From contig NC_042998.1 of the NCBI RefSeq assembly GCF_006345805.1, positions 94,364,001 to 94,428,000 on the forward strand: a DNA stretch of 64,000 bases, written 5' to 3'. Within the stretch, counting starts at the first letter, position 1, and every line of letters begins with the position of its first letter. The position numbers and the translations under genes are program-made. Below, piece by piece: positions 40,866 to 53,228 of the stretch. Source of the DNA: Octopus sinensis. Taxonomy: Eukaryota. The notes below the pieces were generated by a model that worked only from the letters and a program-made list of their open reading frames with translations, did not search any database and had not been told where the DNA came from.

Positions 40866-41015
40866 TACGATGGGCTTCTTTCAGTTTCCGTCTACCAAAT
40901 CCACTCACAAGGCTTTGGTCAGCCCGAGGCTATTGTAGGAGACACTTGCCCAAGGTGCCACACTTTGTGGTTGAAACTTTGTGGTTGATAAGCAAGCTAC
41001 TTACCACACAGCCAC
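40570..41015 (-). mobile_element. tRNA-derived SINE, major family
   Basis: Reverse complement of a full head, internal (TA)n and tail. Confidence 0.88.
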
Positions 41016-41184
41016 TGGGCAATGAAAAGCTGTTGGATATATATAGACTACATAACTGTTCTCATCATCATTGTCATAGCAATCAATGCAATCACCAACA
41101 CCACCACCATACTTTTCATGTTCGCATAAGTTAAATAAAAGAAGTAGAATAAGGCTAATCTCATTTCAAATTCTTCCTAACTTT

Positions 41185-41640
41185 TTGCACAAGTCCTGCA
41201 ATATTGATGGGAGGAGTGAAGTCAATTATATCACTCCTAGTGCTCAACTGGTGCTTATTTCATTGACACTGGTATGCAGCTGGTACTTATTTTATCAACC
41301 CCATTTCTCAACTGATTCATATTCTATTGACTCTGAAAGAATGAAAAGTAAAGTCAGCCTCAGTAGTGTTTGATCTCAGAACATCAAGCCAGAAGAAATG
41401 CCATTAGCATTTTGTCCAGTAGGCTAAGGATTTTTTTTCTACTCTAGGCACAAGGCTCAAAATTTGTTGGGGGACAGTCAATTAGATCAAATCCAGTACA
41501 CAACTGGTACCTAAGTTATCAATCCCGAAAGGATGAAAGACGAAGTCAACCTCATCAGAATTTGAACTCAGAATGTAACGACAGACAAAATACCACTAAA
41601 CATTTCACCCAGCATGCTAACGATTCTGCCAGCTCACTGC
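41185..41640 (-). mobile_element. Two adjacent copies of a second tRNA-derived SINE family
   Basis: Minus strand GGCAGTGAGCTGGCAGAATCGTTAGC...GAGTTCAAATTC...CTTTCATCCTTTCGGG. Confidence 0.7.
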
Positions 41641-42827
41641 CTTCTATCATCATTGTCGTTAAATGTATCGTTACTACCACCACTATCACCACCACCAGTT
41701 TAATTCATACTTTTCATGTTGGTATAAGTTAAATATAAGAGGCGGAATGGCCTTATCGCATTGAATAAGAGAATCAAAAATGAAGAATACCTTTAAAATT
41801 AATACAGGTATTGATCTACTTAATTATTGCTTGATAACCCATTGATTGATAACCACTGGTTGCTAGCCCAATTTTCAATGCTGGAATGAACTACATGAGT
41901 TTGTTGTCAATAATTCTCAAAGTAATAAATAACTGTTCTAATTAATACTGATATATAATTAAAACTGAAATATAGGCACAATTCTCTTAAATGATATGTG
42001 GAAAACTACAGAATTAACAGAATTATAAGAAGTATCAAACATATATTTACAAACTGATAGACTTTAGGACTAGTTCCATTAAAATCTATTGTAGCACACC
42101 AATTAGAGAATTACAAAAAGATACCACAGAATGATAATACTTCTCTAAATTCTACACAAAGCAGAAAAATTATTTGATGATGTCATCACTGCATAAATAT
42201 ACTACCTTCACTTAAAAGCTTGAAATATATTCCTGTCTCCTTTTTTCCTGACAGTATTACTGTATCATAATCCTAACATCTATATGAAACACTTCAGGCC
42301 AATGGTGGAGAAAATAAGCAATTATTTGACCTGCTAGAAGTAGCAACCAAATTTCCCTGAAGTCATACCCAGCGCTGCACTTTAAGGCAAGTGTCTTTTA
42401 CAACAGCCTCAGGTTAAACAATACCTTGTGAGTGAATTTGGTAGACAGAAATTGTGTGGAAGCATATTCATCATTTGACATCCATTTTTCATGTTGACAG
42501 GGGTAGGACAGTTTGACAGGGAACCAGTCAATGTGCAGGGCTATGTCAAGCTCCAATGTCATATTTAGCATGGTTCTTCTTGCTGAATGCCTTTCCTAAT
42601 GCCAACTCCTTTACAGAGTGTACTTGTTGGTTTTGGAGTTTTCCTTTTATTTTGTGCCACTGGCACTGGTGTGGTTGTCATGTAACTTGCTAGACAGAAA
42701 AGAACAGAGAAGGAGGAGAAGGGAAGAAACAAGAAATCTCACACTATAAAGAAGCATTTCAAAGAGGAAAGTGAAGGAGAGTGACTGTATGCCCTATATA
42801 TATATATGTGTGTGTGTGTGTATGTAC

Positions 42828-43445
42828 TGCTTGTGAAGACCTGTTGAAGCAAGTGAATTTGAAATCAAATTCAATGACAGTACCACATGACTGGCATCCG
42901 TACTAGTGGAGTGCTAAGAGCAGCATCCGAGCATGATCATTGCCAGGACCACTGACTGGCCCGCATGCCCGTGGCACATAAAAGGCACCATTCAAGCATA
43001 TTCATTACCAGCATGGCCTTACTGGCACTTGTGCCAGTGGTATGTGAAAATCAACATTCAAGTGAGAGCATTACCAGTGCCACTGGACTGGCTCCTGTGC
43101 AAGTGACACATAAAAACACCATTTGAGTGTGGTCATTGCCAGTACCGCTTGACTGGCCCTCGTACCGGTGGCATGTAAAAGCACCCACTACACTGGACTA
43201 GCTCCTGTGCAGGTGACATGTAAAAACACCATTTGAGCATAGCCATTGCCAATACCGCCTGTGATTGTAGCACATAAAAGCACCCACTACATTCTCAGAG
43301 TGCTTGGTGTTAGGAAGGGTATCCAGCTGTAAAAACTCTGCCAGATCAGATTGGAGCCTGGTGCAGCCATCTGGTTTACCAGTCCTCAGTCAAATCATCC
43401 AACCCATGCTAGCATGGAAAGTGGATGTTAAATGATGATGATGAT
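42828..43445 (+). mobile_element. RTE 3' UTR with about 50 bp subrepeats and tail
   Basis: GGTGGCACATAAAAACACCA-type subrepeats; ends GGAAAGTGGATGTTAAATGATGATG. Confidence 0.8.
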
Positions 43446-43485
43446 ATATATATACAGATAGATAGATAGATATAGATAGATAGAT

Positions 43486-43528
<43 letters not shown>

Positions 43529-43627
43529 TAGATATATATATGCATATATATATAATTATATACATATATTATTTATACTATTACTTGATTGAATGCAACG
43601 CATCCATTTCCAAGTATATATATATAT

Positions 43628-44118
43628 ATCATCATCATCATCATCATCATCATCATTTAACGTCCGCTTTCCATGCTAGCATGGGTTGGACGGTTCAACT
43701 GGGGTCTGGGGAGCCCGAAAGCTGCACCAGTCCAGTCAGATCTGGCAGTGTTTCTACAGCTGGATGCCCTTCCTAACGCCAACCACTCCGAGAGTGTAGT
43801 GGGTGATTTTATGTGCCACCGACACAGGTGCCAGACGAGGCTGGCAAACGGCCACGCTCGGATGGTGTTTTTTTTTGTGCCACCGACACAGGTGCCAGAC
43901 GAGGCTGGCAGACGGCCATGCTCGGATGGTGTTTTTATGTGCCACCGACACAGGTGCCAGATGAGGCTGGCAAACGGCCACGATCGGATGGTGCTTGTTA
44001 CGTGCCCACAGCACGGAGGCCAGTCGATGCGGTACTGGCTACGGCCACGTTCGGATGGTTTTATTGTGTGCCACGTGCCACCGGCACTGGTACCACAAAG
44101 ATACAAATTCCATTATGA
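43628..44118 (-). mobile_element. RTE 3' UTR and tail of the same subfamily as the 37-39 kb array
   Basis: Near-identical to array units 6-7, including GGTGGCACGTGGCACAC; ends in (GAT)n. Confidence 0.9.
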
Positions 44119-44121
44119 TAT

Positions 44122-44149
<28 letters not shown>

Positions 44150-44152
<3 letters not shown>

Positions 44153-44310
44153 GACGAGCTTTTTCAGTTTTCGGCAACCAAATCCACTCACGAGACTTTG
44201 GTCGGCCTGAGGCCATAGTAAAAGGCACTAGCCCAAGGTGCCATGCCATGGGACTGGACCCAGAACCATGTGGTTTGTAAGCAAGCTACTTACCACAGAG
44301 CCATTCCTGT
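44150..44310 (-). mobile_element. SINE head, major family
   Basis: Reverse complement of the GGCTCTGTGGTAAGTAGCTTGC head. Confidence 0.75.
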
Positions 44311-45250
44311 GTCTATGTATGTTTATGTTTTCCATAATCTAGTGGTTCAGCAAAGGAATTCAAAAGGATAATCATCAGACTCCAAAAAAAGAAGGTGCCA
44401 GAGTTGATCTGTTCAATTAAAACCATTCAAGTGATGCTCCAGCATGACCACAGTCTAGTTACTGAATCAAATTGAAAATGAAAGACACCATCTTCAAAAA
44501 AGAATCACTGAATAATGTATATCCTAGTTACATTATATCTGGTGGGGTGGGAGGGAGGGAGAAAATCAGAATGAACACAGCCAAAAGGCATTTAATCATC
44601 GCTTGCTTAGTAAGAGCTAACCAGGGGCTAAACCTGAACAACAACAGCAGCAGCCTCAACAACAGCAGCAAGAGCTAAAACAGCATCATGACACTCAGGT
44701 TAATTAATCTTCTCCAAAGCTTCATCATGCTGGAATTCCTTCTTACCAAAATTTTTCCTTTCTAACCAGTGACTACACGGTAGTCACGGTGACTACAACA
44801 ACCTCACCTAGTAATCCTTACCTTTGGGTTAAGAGAGTCAAAAACCAAGTCTATAGATACCATCCATCTTTCACATATAATGAAAAAGACATTTATGTTT
44901 AATACTCATAGATTAATTAACAGGAAGTATGCATTTGATGCTTCTGCAGATAATTAGCCAAAAAAGAAATAAAAAAAGAAAAAGTAAGAAGTAACTGGAA
45001 AGAAATTCCAATAAACAATGTTTAACAGAAAAACTGCAATTATTTTTGACCAAGTATATTCAATAGAATATTTCTTGTGTGTGCGCTTGTGTGTACACAG
45101 ATAGATAGACAGATGCACACATATATATATATACATATATATATATATACTTGATAAGTGTAAGCACCTGTATATGCCAAATAGTAGCAGAGGTGAGAGA
45201 ATATATCAAATATAAATTAAAAATATAAATTAAAAACAGAACACCTTTTT

Positions 45251-46386
45251 CTCCTAGATACCTTAGGTAAGACATTCCCTGACGTACATTTCGCCATCTA
45301 CAAAGATGATGCCCTCGCCTTAACAGCTAATACAAATGGACCAGCACAAGATCGTTTTAGGAAGGATATTATCCAGTTAATGAAATACTTCGGATTTAGT
45401 ATAACTATAGATAGTAACCTGACGGTTGTCAATTTCTTAGACGTTTCCTTAGATCTTAATAAGAATATTTATAAGCCTTATAGGAAGCCCAATGACAGAC
45501 TAAGTTATATTAATGTAGGTTCATGCCATCCCCCTATAGTATTCAAAAATTTAGTTACAAATATTAGTAAGAGGATTTCTAGCCTCTCCTCTGATAAGGA
45601 CATCTTCAATAGTGTTGCCCCAGTTTATAATAAGGCTTTAAAAGAGAGTGGTTTTAGAGAAAAAATAACATATACACCCATTACTAGCCCAACAGTAAGG
45701 AAAAGGAATAATAGAAATAAGAAGGTCATCTGGTTTACGCCCCCTTACTCACCTGAGGTGGCCTTCAATATAGGTATTTCCTAGCACTGATAGATAGACA
45801 TTTTCCAGTTAACCATACTTATAGGAAACTCTTCAATAGACACAATTTAAAAATTAGTTTTAGTTCCACTACCAATTTTAAAAATATAATCAAACATAAC
45901 ATGCAAAAGACACAACAAGAAAACAGCTGTTCATGCAGGAATAAAGAATTGTGCCTGCTAAATGGAGCTTGCATGTCCAAGACCATCATATATGAAGCTA
46001 CCGTAGACTCTATAACCACTAACGACACCGTTTCGACGAAGAAATACGTGGGTCTTACAGAGGGTAACTTCAAGGCCAGGTTCAATAACCACACTTTGAG
46101 CTTTAGGCACTGGAACAAAAGAAAAGCGACACAATTATCTAATCATATTTGGTCTTTAAGAGATAAAGGTGTCGATTATAACATACATTGGAAGATTTTG
46201 GCCCGATGTAAGCCCTATACCAACGGCAGTGGAAGGTGCGGTCTATGCGACAGGGAGAGATGGCTTATCTGGAAAAGCAGCTTAGACCCTACTACATGTC
46301 TAAACACAAGGACAGAACTTTTCGGATCATGCCCACACGTGACTAAATTTCTGTTACATTTTTGGTCCCCTAAAGAAAACAGATAG
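45251..46386 (+). pseudogene. Penelope RT (YKDD, NFLD) and GIY-YIG endonuclease, one frameshift near 45780
   Basis: FAIYKDDAL, VNFLDVSLDL, SCHPP, IWFTPPYS, CSCRNKELCLLNGAC, IIYEATV...KYVGLT..FKARFNNH, CGLCDRE, LNTRTE. Confidence 0.92.
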
Positions 46387-46615
46387 AACATGCTTTCTAT
46401 GTTATGTCCCAAGAAAGTTTTTTTACCTCATCACACCTTCTATCATACATTTTATATATTTTTATATATTTTTTATATATTTTTTATGTATTTTTATATA
46501 TATAATTTTTATGGCGAAAAATGCGAGCGATGTATAAGTACGCAGGCAAGCAGAGTTATAACACGGTAATTTCCCTTTGTATAACGGTATTTTTTCATAG
46601 CGTTTTCAAATAGCC

Positions 46616-46675
46616 AGATAACCGAAGAGATGTCGTGGATTCCCACTTCGGCATCTGAAACTCAGAGTTTTATCT
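46616..46675 (+). ncRNA. Hammerhead motif in the PLE1 3' region (U4C, extra U before G12)
   Basis: AGAUAA CCGAAGA GAUGUCG...CGGCAUC U GAAAC UCAGA GUU^UUAUCU. Perfect 6 bp stem I, 7 bp stem II, near-palindrome AACUC-A-GAGUU. Confidence 0.75.
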
Positions 46676-46783
46676 TGACTATCGAGTAATGTAACATATT
46701 TTTCTATAGATAAATTTCCTCTATTTACATAATATTGAGGTCTCTTTCTTTCTTTTGTTATCTTACCGTTTTACCAATATATA

Positions 46784-46829
<46 letters not shown>

Positions 46830-46830
<1 letters not shown>

Positions 46831-48191
46831 TGGTAAAACTCAATCTTAAACTAGAATTTATGACCAATACTAAAATAGTAAACTTCTTAGATGTTACGTT
46901 AGATTTGAATAAGCACCTTCACTACCCATATAGGAAACCAGAAGAAACTACCAAATACATCCATACCTCTTCCAACCATCCACCCTGTATAATTAGCACC
47001 ACGATCCAAGCCATCTCAGACAGACTGACAAAACTATCCTCTAATAGAGAAATTTTCAATAATCATGCACAACACTACAACCAGGCTCTCTATAGTGCCG
47101 GGTATAACCAGAGAATATCATATGTAGACCACCCGGGAGCGTCCGTCGGCCATAAGACTCCCAATTATAATCGAACTCAGCACTCAACTCACACTAGCGA
47201 TAATTCTAATTTAAACTCAAAACAACGTATAGGAAATAGGCGAACTAATAGAACAGCACACAATAGTAACCCTCCCGACGAGAGCAATATAGATCCTATT
47301 AGGAGAAATAGAAGGGATAATAGTAGATTACGCAAATATATATGGTTCAACATACCTTTCAACTTAGCAGTTAGGGGTAAGTTATGTAAGAGAATATTCT
47401 CTATAATTTCCAACAACTTCCCACCCACCCACAAGTATAGAAGTATCTTCTCCAACAAAACTATTAGGATTTCCTACTCTACCCTGCCCAACATGAGCTG
47501 CCTCATAGCTAAACATAACTATATTAATATTAGAACAGCTAGATCAAGAGCAAACCATAGCGACCAACAGAACCCCCCTCATCTAGACAGTAGACAATAT
47601 AACCAGACTGGCAGCCATACTACCCAAACAGTTAGTAATAACACCCGCCAACACAACAGAGGAAATACTACACCCATCAACAACCAGGAGGATACCAACG
47701 CCCCCACTCGTATTGCAACACCTCTGCCTGGGATTAGCAGCACACGACCGAATAATGCAATGCAATGCAACTGCAGATGTGCATCAGAGTGCCCGCTGCA
47801 GGGCGCATGTAGGGCGAAAAACGTAATATACTCATGTGAGGTGAGTACTCAGTTTAACACACTCACCTATATTGGTTGCTCAACCTCCTGGAAATCCAGA
47901 TACTACAACCACCGGTCCTCGCTGAGACACAGACATAGGGCTAACAGCACCTCCTTCTCTAAAAGAATTTGGGAATTAAAAGACAAATGCATAGACTTCA
48001 AACTCAGATGGTCCATCATCGGATCAGCTGCACCTTATTTAAATAATAGAGCAGGATGCCAACTATGCTGTGTAGAACTCCTGAACATCTTGAAATTCAA
48101 AGACAAACACAATCTTATTAACAAAAGGTCAGAGTTCAAACCATCCTGTATACATAAACTTATTAATACTTTCAAATACTACAATGCTTAG
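46830..48191 (+). CDS. Penelope-like element 2: uninterrupted RT C-terminus, long linker and GIY-YIG frame (5'-truncated, no true start)
   Basis: VNFLDVTLDL, SSNHPP, IWFNIPF, CNCRCASECPLQGAC, VIYSCEV...TYIGCS..WKSRYYNH, CQLCCVE, LINKRSE. The ORF-track start at 46755 is microsatellite read-through. Confidence 0.9.
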
Positions 48192-48681
48192 GTCTTATAC
48201 CAACTCCCCCATGCAATTTCCTCCCACCCGGTGCAACCTGTCGGCTCCAGCACATCCCGCTTTCCTATATGTGCGTGTGTATGTGTGTGTGTGTGTGTGT
48301 GTGCGTATGTATGTGCACATACGTGTACGTATGTGTACACATACATATATATATACATGTGCGTGTGTGTGTGTGTGTGTGGGTGTGTGTATGTGCATAT
48401 ACGGTTCCCTGCATTTTCCCCCTATATATACAAATTTTGTCTCCCATATATGACTTCTTTTCCCTAAATATTTCTTCTCCTACACCCATATCCTCCCTAT
48501 GTAGTCTCTTTAATTCCCTACATCTATACCCTTTCACATTTCTAACTCAGATGTTGAACGCACACCGCCAAACTCCACTTCCCACCCTTCCAATTTTCAG
48601 TTCCCCCCGCCCGCCCCTACGTTTAACACACACCTCTAACTTTCAACCACCTTCATCTCATTATCCTCTACATTTTTAGAA

Positions 48682-48765
48682 ATAAAAAATAAAATAAAAT
48701 AAAATAAAATAAAATAAAATAAAATAAGATAAAATAAAATAAAATAAAATAAAATAAAATAAAAA
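48682..48765. repeat. (AAAAT)n pentanucleotide repeat
   Basis: Read directly from the sequence. Confidence 0.95.
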
Positions 48766-48814
48766 AAGATAAAAATATAATTTTGTAAAGTTTAACATAC
48801 GGACCCAGGTTTCG

Positions 48815-49231
48815 CCCCCACCACCCTGCCCTGTCCCTAGCCACATTCAAATGGCTAATGTCCCTTTTGTTATGGAGCAGTTACTGTCTATATCTCATTT
48901 AGAGAATTATTATTGCTGTCGAACAGATTTTCGAAATCAGTAAATGTATTTACGTGAAAATCTATATATAAATATCCTGCACAGAGAGTCGTTCGTCGAG
49001 GGGCGGTGCCTACCATACATTGACGAGAGGCAAACACCTCGAAACCTGGATCCGTATGTGGCTTCCGCTTCTTCGGTGAATGATCTCCCTTTGCAGGATA
49101 GAGGACGCCGTGATGGTGTCAAGCCTTTCTGGTGACGTTGATGTTCGCCTGGGGCTAAATGCAACAGTAACACCCCCACCGCCCTGCCCTGTCCCTAGCC
49201 ACATTCAAATGGCTAATGTCCCTTTTGTTAT
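48815..49231 (+). repeat. 59 bp direct repeats (48815-48873 and 49173-49231, 1 mismatch) flanking a hammerhead-bearing unit
   Basis: CCCCCACCRCCCTGCCCTGTCCCTAGCCACATTCAAATGGCTAATGTCCCTTTTGTTAT occurs twice, 358 bp apart. Confidence 0.93.
49016..49060 (+). ncRNA. Minimal hammerhead motif in the PLE2 3' region (C3U)
   Basis: UACA UUGACGA GAGG-CAAACA-CCUC GAAAC CUGGAUCC GUA^UGUG, with palindromic GGAUCC in loop III. Confidence 0.8.
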
Positions 49232-49254
49232 ATATATATATATATATATATATA

Positions 49255-51664
49255 TGAATATTTTAAAAAGAGTTTGGGAATAATAATTATTCCAGGTTAT
49301 CAGGATATTTACTATTTTACACTTTACTAATGCAAAGCAAGCAGTATCAATTATAATATTATTATTACAAATTTGGGATTCTACCAATAGGACCACAACT
49401 TCAATTTCAGGACAACCTCATTTTCTGGAGTACATATAGAAAGTTATATCCAAAATACTAATCTAATAATATAGGCATTTTAAAGCCTACTATAACGTAC
49501 AATAACATAAAGTACAATAGAATTAATTAAAAATTATTTAAACATATTTCAAGAAATATTTATACCTTACCTGTTATTAATCTGTGGGAAAAGATGATAT
49601 TAATTAATGTTACACATGTTTCTGCCCTGGTAGTTTGTTTTACCAGGATATACCTAATACATAAATTCACCAGTGCGTCCTCAGGCTAGTTTTCTTTTTA
49701 TTATTATTATTAACGGATCCAACTTAATCCTACAAATTCAAATATATCTTCATTAAAAATAAGACTAAAAATAAATATATATAACTTCCTAATACATTTT
49801 TACAAAATATAAAAGATTTTAAAAATTAAAAAATTATAAAATTTTAAAAATTTAATAAAATTAAACACCTAAAAATACAATAGTGATATATATAGAAAGT
49901 GCTAAACATAAAGGCACCCTCATCAACTATTTTATAAACAAGTCAAATTAAACCACCTCTCTATATAAACTTTATGGGAATTACTAATTTATTGTTAAAT
50001 TTACCCCTATCAATACTAGTATATATTACCATTATTATGTCAAATGTAAGTAAAAAAATTATTAGTAAGTAAAAAATTTTTTAGTAAGTAAAAAACCTCT
50101 TTATATGTTATAAATTTATTGAATAAAACTAGTAAATGAAACTATTTACTGCAATTAACAAAGGAAGAATACTTATCTGCATGTTTACTCCTTCTTTAAC
50201 CTGTGCAAATGGCTGCACCTTCTGTCCTACACTAAGTATTATGGGAATAAAATACACTACTCTAAAAAAAATTCTTTAAGACTAATATCATTTGAGAGGT
50301 TGAATTCAAGGGGAGATGATAATAAGATACTTTATCTTTAGGTATAATTGGATTCTTTTTCTAGTGTTAAAGATTTAGAGATTTATTTTATTTAATATGT
50401 GGCCTGTCTAATCCTTTTTAAGGTAATATTCTTTAGATTTATTCTTAGTTTTAGGTATATCCGTATCTAATACTATTATATTATTCTATTAAAACTACAT
50501 TTAACTATCTTCCTCATAATTGTTTATGAGATTACATACTGGGGGGGGGGGTATCTTTTCATATATTTTTCATTTTATTATATGTAAAGCTATTTTTGTG
50601 TCGGCATTTTTTCCGCTCTCTTCTGTACTGTCCAGTAATACTTCTTTCGACTGGAGTATTTTCATAAATTCAGTAGTGCATAACAAGCACATTTTATTAC
50701 CTATTCTATATGACTTCGCTCTACAAATGATATTCGAATTCATGGTGTATTCTATTTTTTCAGATTTCAGTTCCCATATATATTTACTTAGACCTGTCAA
50801 ATTACTTAAATTGGGATTTTTAAAGGATTAATAATGCTGGGAAATTCTTCTTTTAATTTCATTCACTGTAGATCCTATATATTCTTTTCTCTTCTTATTA
50901 TTAGAGGTTACAGTGCATTTATAAATTACATTATCTAGGTTGCAGTTATTATTATGTCTACATTTTGATTTATCTTTACATGTGCATTTATTTAGTATAA
51001 GGTTATATTTTTTGTTTGTTATATTTCTTCTGTAGCTATTATTAATATTAATTAAATTGTTATAGAATTTATTTAATTTGACGTTGTTTATAGAGGATGT
51101 AATATTACTAATGTTTCTTGTTGTTGAAAATCCCACTCTGATAGTTTTTTTTAGAATATTTTCCAATACTCTTTATTCTTTTTAAAGGATATTTTAATTA
51201 TGTTCAGAATTTCATTAAGTCAGTTTTGATTTGGACCCCATAAGGGATAATTAACCATATTATTTCCTTATGTTTTTTATAATTAATATTACTATTATTA
51301 TAATTCATCTTATTATTATTGTTCTTGTCATTGTATTCTTCGTGGGTATATAATAATTATGCTTATTTCCATTCGAGTTCTTTTGGTATTATCCTTACTA
51401 TGATAATTTTTATTAATATTATTTTTATTTATACTTATATTATTTTTATCGTTGTTTCTTTCCTTAAATTGTTTATTATTATCTTTGCTATTACCTCTAT
51501 AGTTAGTTTGAGCATTAGGATGATTCCTAGTATTATTATTTGGTCTGTAATTATTATAGAATTTAATTTTCGTATTATATCCTGCTTCTTTTCATGATCT
51601 GTTATAGTAAGGAAGTTGTCCTGAAATTGAAGTTGTGGTCCTATTGGTAAAATCCCAAATTTGT

Positions 51665-51671
<7 letters not shown>
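49255..51671 (-). mobile_element. Penelope-like element 3 (5'-truncated, decayed) with an inverted 57 bp terminal duplication
   Basis: GIY-YIG remnant at 50570-51290, long AT-rich 3' region, inverted match between 49360-49416 and 51615-51671; (TA)n lies on both sides. Confidence 0.8.
50570..51290 (-). pseudogene. Penelope linker and GIY-YIG endonuclease remnant
   Basis: EIIWLIIPYG, CTCKDKSKCRHNNNC, VIYKCTV...EYIGST..IKRRISQH, LSKYIWELK, CLLCTTE. ORFs 50828-51166 and 50570-50800 share one frame split by a single stop. Confidence 0.87.
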
Positions 51672-51739
<68 letters not shown>

Positions 51740-51751
51740 TTTATATATATA

Positions 51752-51806
<55 letters not shown>

Positions 51807-52449
51807 ATATATATATACACACATACATACATATATACATAAACATAATTAAGGGGTTAGCAAAAAGTTGCTTCACCACATACCGAAAATTTAGAAATAG
51901 CAGTCAAAACTACTAATTCTTCGACTACAATATATTTCCACAGACAGTAATACTCATAACTCACACAGGCAAAAAGAAGAAAAATAATAATGTAACTAAC
52001 CAGTCCTTCATTAACCATGTATGCATTTCGGGATTAGAATTGTTTGCCAGTCCTCAGTCAAATCGTCCAACCCATGCAAGCATGGAAAGCGGACGTTAAA
52101 CGATAAACGATGTTGATTTCTGTGTACCTTTGTGTCTGTGTTTGTCCCCTTACCATCACGTGACAACCACTGTTAGTGTGTTTATGTTCCCTAAATTTAG
52201 CAATTTAGAAAGAGAGACCAATAGAATAAATAGAAGGCTTACAAAGAATAAGTCCTGGAATCGATTTCTTTGACTGAAAGTGGTGCTCTCACATGTCTGC
52301 AGTCAAATGACTGAAATGTGTATAAGAGTAAAAGAGTATATGTGTGTGTGTGTTTGTGTTTGTGTGTGTGGGTGTGTGTATAGTAAACAGACAAGATATT
52401 TGCCTATAGATAGATAGACAGACAGATAGAAAGATAGATAGATAGATAA

Positions 52450-52574
<125 letters not shown>

Positions 52575-52599
52575 CAGACAGACTCAGGACATTTTTCAG

Positions 52600-52850
52600 T
52601 ATATAGCTATCTGCCCACTTATATATATGTGAATATATTCAGTCTTTGCAAGGCCTACACAACCAAAAATGGAATGGTTCCTTGTTTCTTTATGTTGATT
52701 ACATAGTGTCCAACCTATTATTTTATTTTGTTTTGGTAGTTTTTTGTGACCAGACATTAATCTTGCACAGTCTTTCATTTCTGCCTTTAAGTCCAAAACT
52801 TTTGAACAATTGTCTGCTTTTTATATTGGCTGAATTCCTTGCAGGGTACT
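52600..52850 (-). pseudogene. RLE-type non-LTR retrotransposon zinc-knuckle remnant
   Basis: LCNQHKETRNHSIFGCVGLAKTEYIH resembles C..C....ET..H...C..LA..EY..RH. Confidence 0.45.
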
Positions 52851-53228
52851 GACCACAAAGACAGTTTTTCTCTTTCTTTTCTATATCTTTTTATTCTTTA
52901 ACTTGTTTTATTTTCTTTTTGAGAACTTCTTTGATTTGGTCTTTTTTTTATTCTCGGTCTTTTCTGCTTTGTTTTTATGTAAACCTTTTTCCTTAGCAAA
53001 AGAAAATTGCGAAGGTTCTAGTTAATACTTTACTGTTTTCTTATATATATACAGGTGTGTGTTTGTATGTATACACACACACACATTATATATGTGTGTG
53101 CGTGTTTATGTGTGTACACAACTTCAAACAATCAATACATACATACATACATATACATGCATAAATACATACATATACATATATATATATATATATAATG
53201 TAAGTATTATGTGTGTGTGTGTGTGTGT

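Larger units (their letters stand above)
45251..46777 (+). mobile_element. Penelope-like element 1 (5'-truncated): RT C-terminus, GIY-YIG and pLTR
   Basis: See the coding remnant at 45251-46386 and the hammerhead at 46616-46675. The 3' end abuts (TA)n. Confidence 0.9.

Noticed and set aside
45258-45266. 9 nt microexon-like signal (ttttctcctag|ATACCTTAG|gtaaga) at the PLE1 5' junction
   Set aside because: It lies within the continuous RT reading frame. Such short matches are expected by chance in 64 kb and I have no transcript evidence.
45251-48191. Selenocysteine (UGA) recoding as reported for some Penelope-like clades
   Set aside because: There are no in-frame TGA codons at cysteine positions in PLE1 or PLE2. 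The stops in PLE3 come with frameshifts and look like decay.
49600-49690. Minus-strand CUGAGGA...GAAAC AUGU GUA in the PLE3 3' region
   Set aside because: The 3' half looks right, but stem I and the 10.1-11.1 pair do not close with that core.
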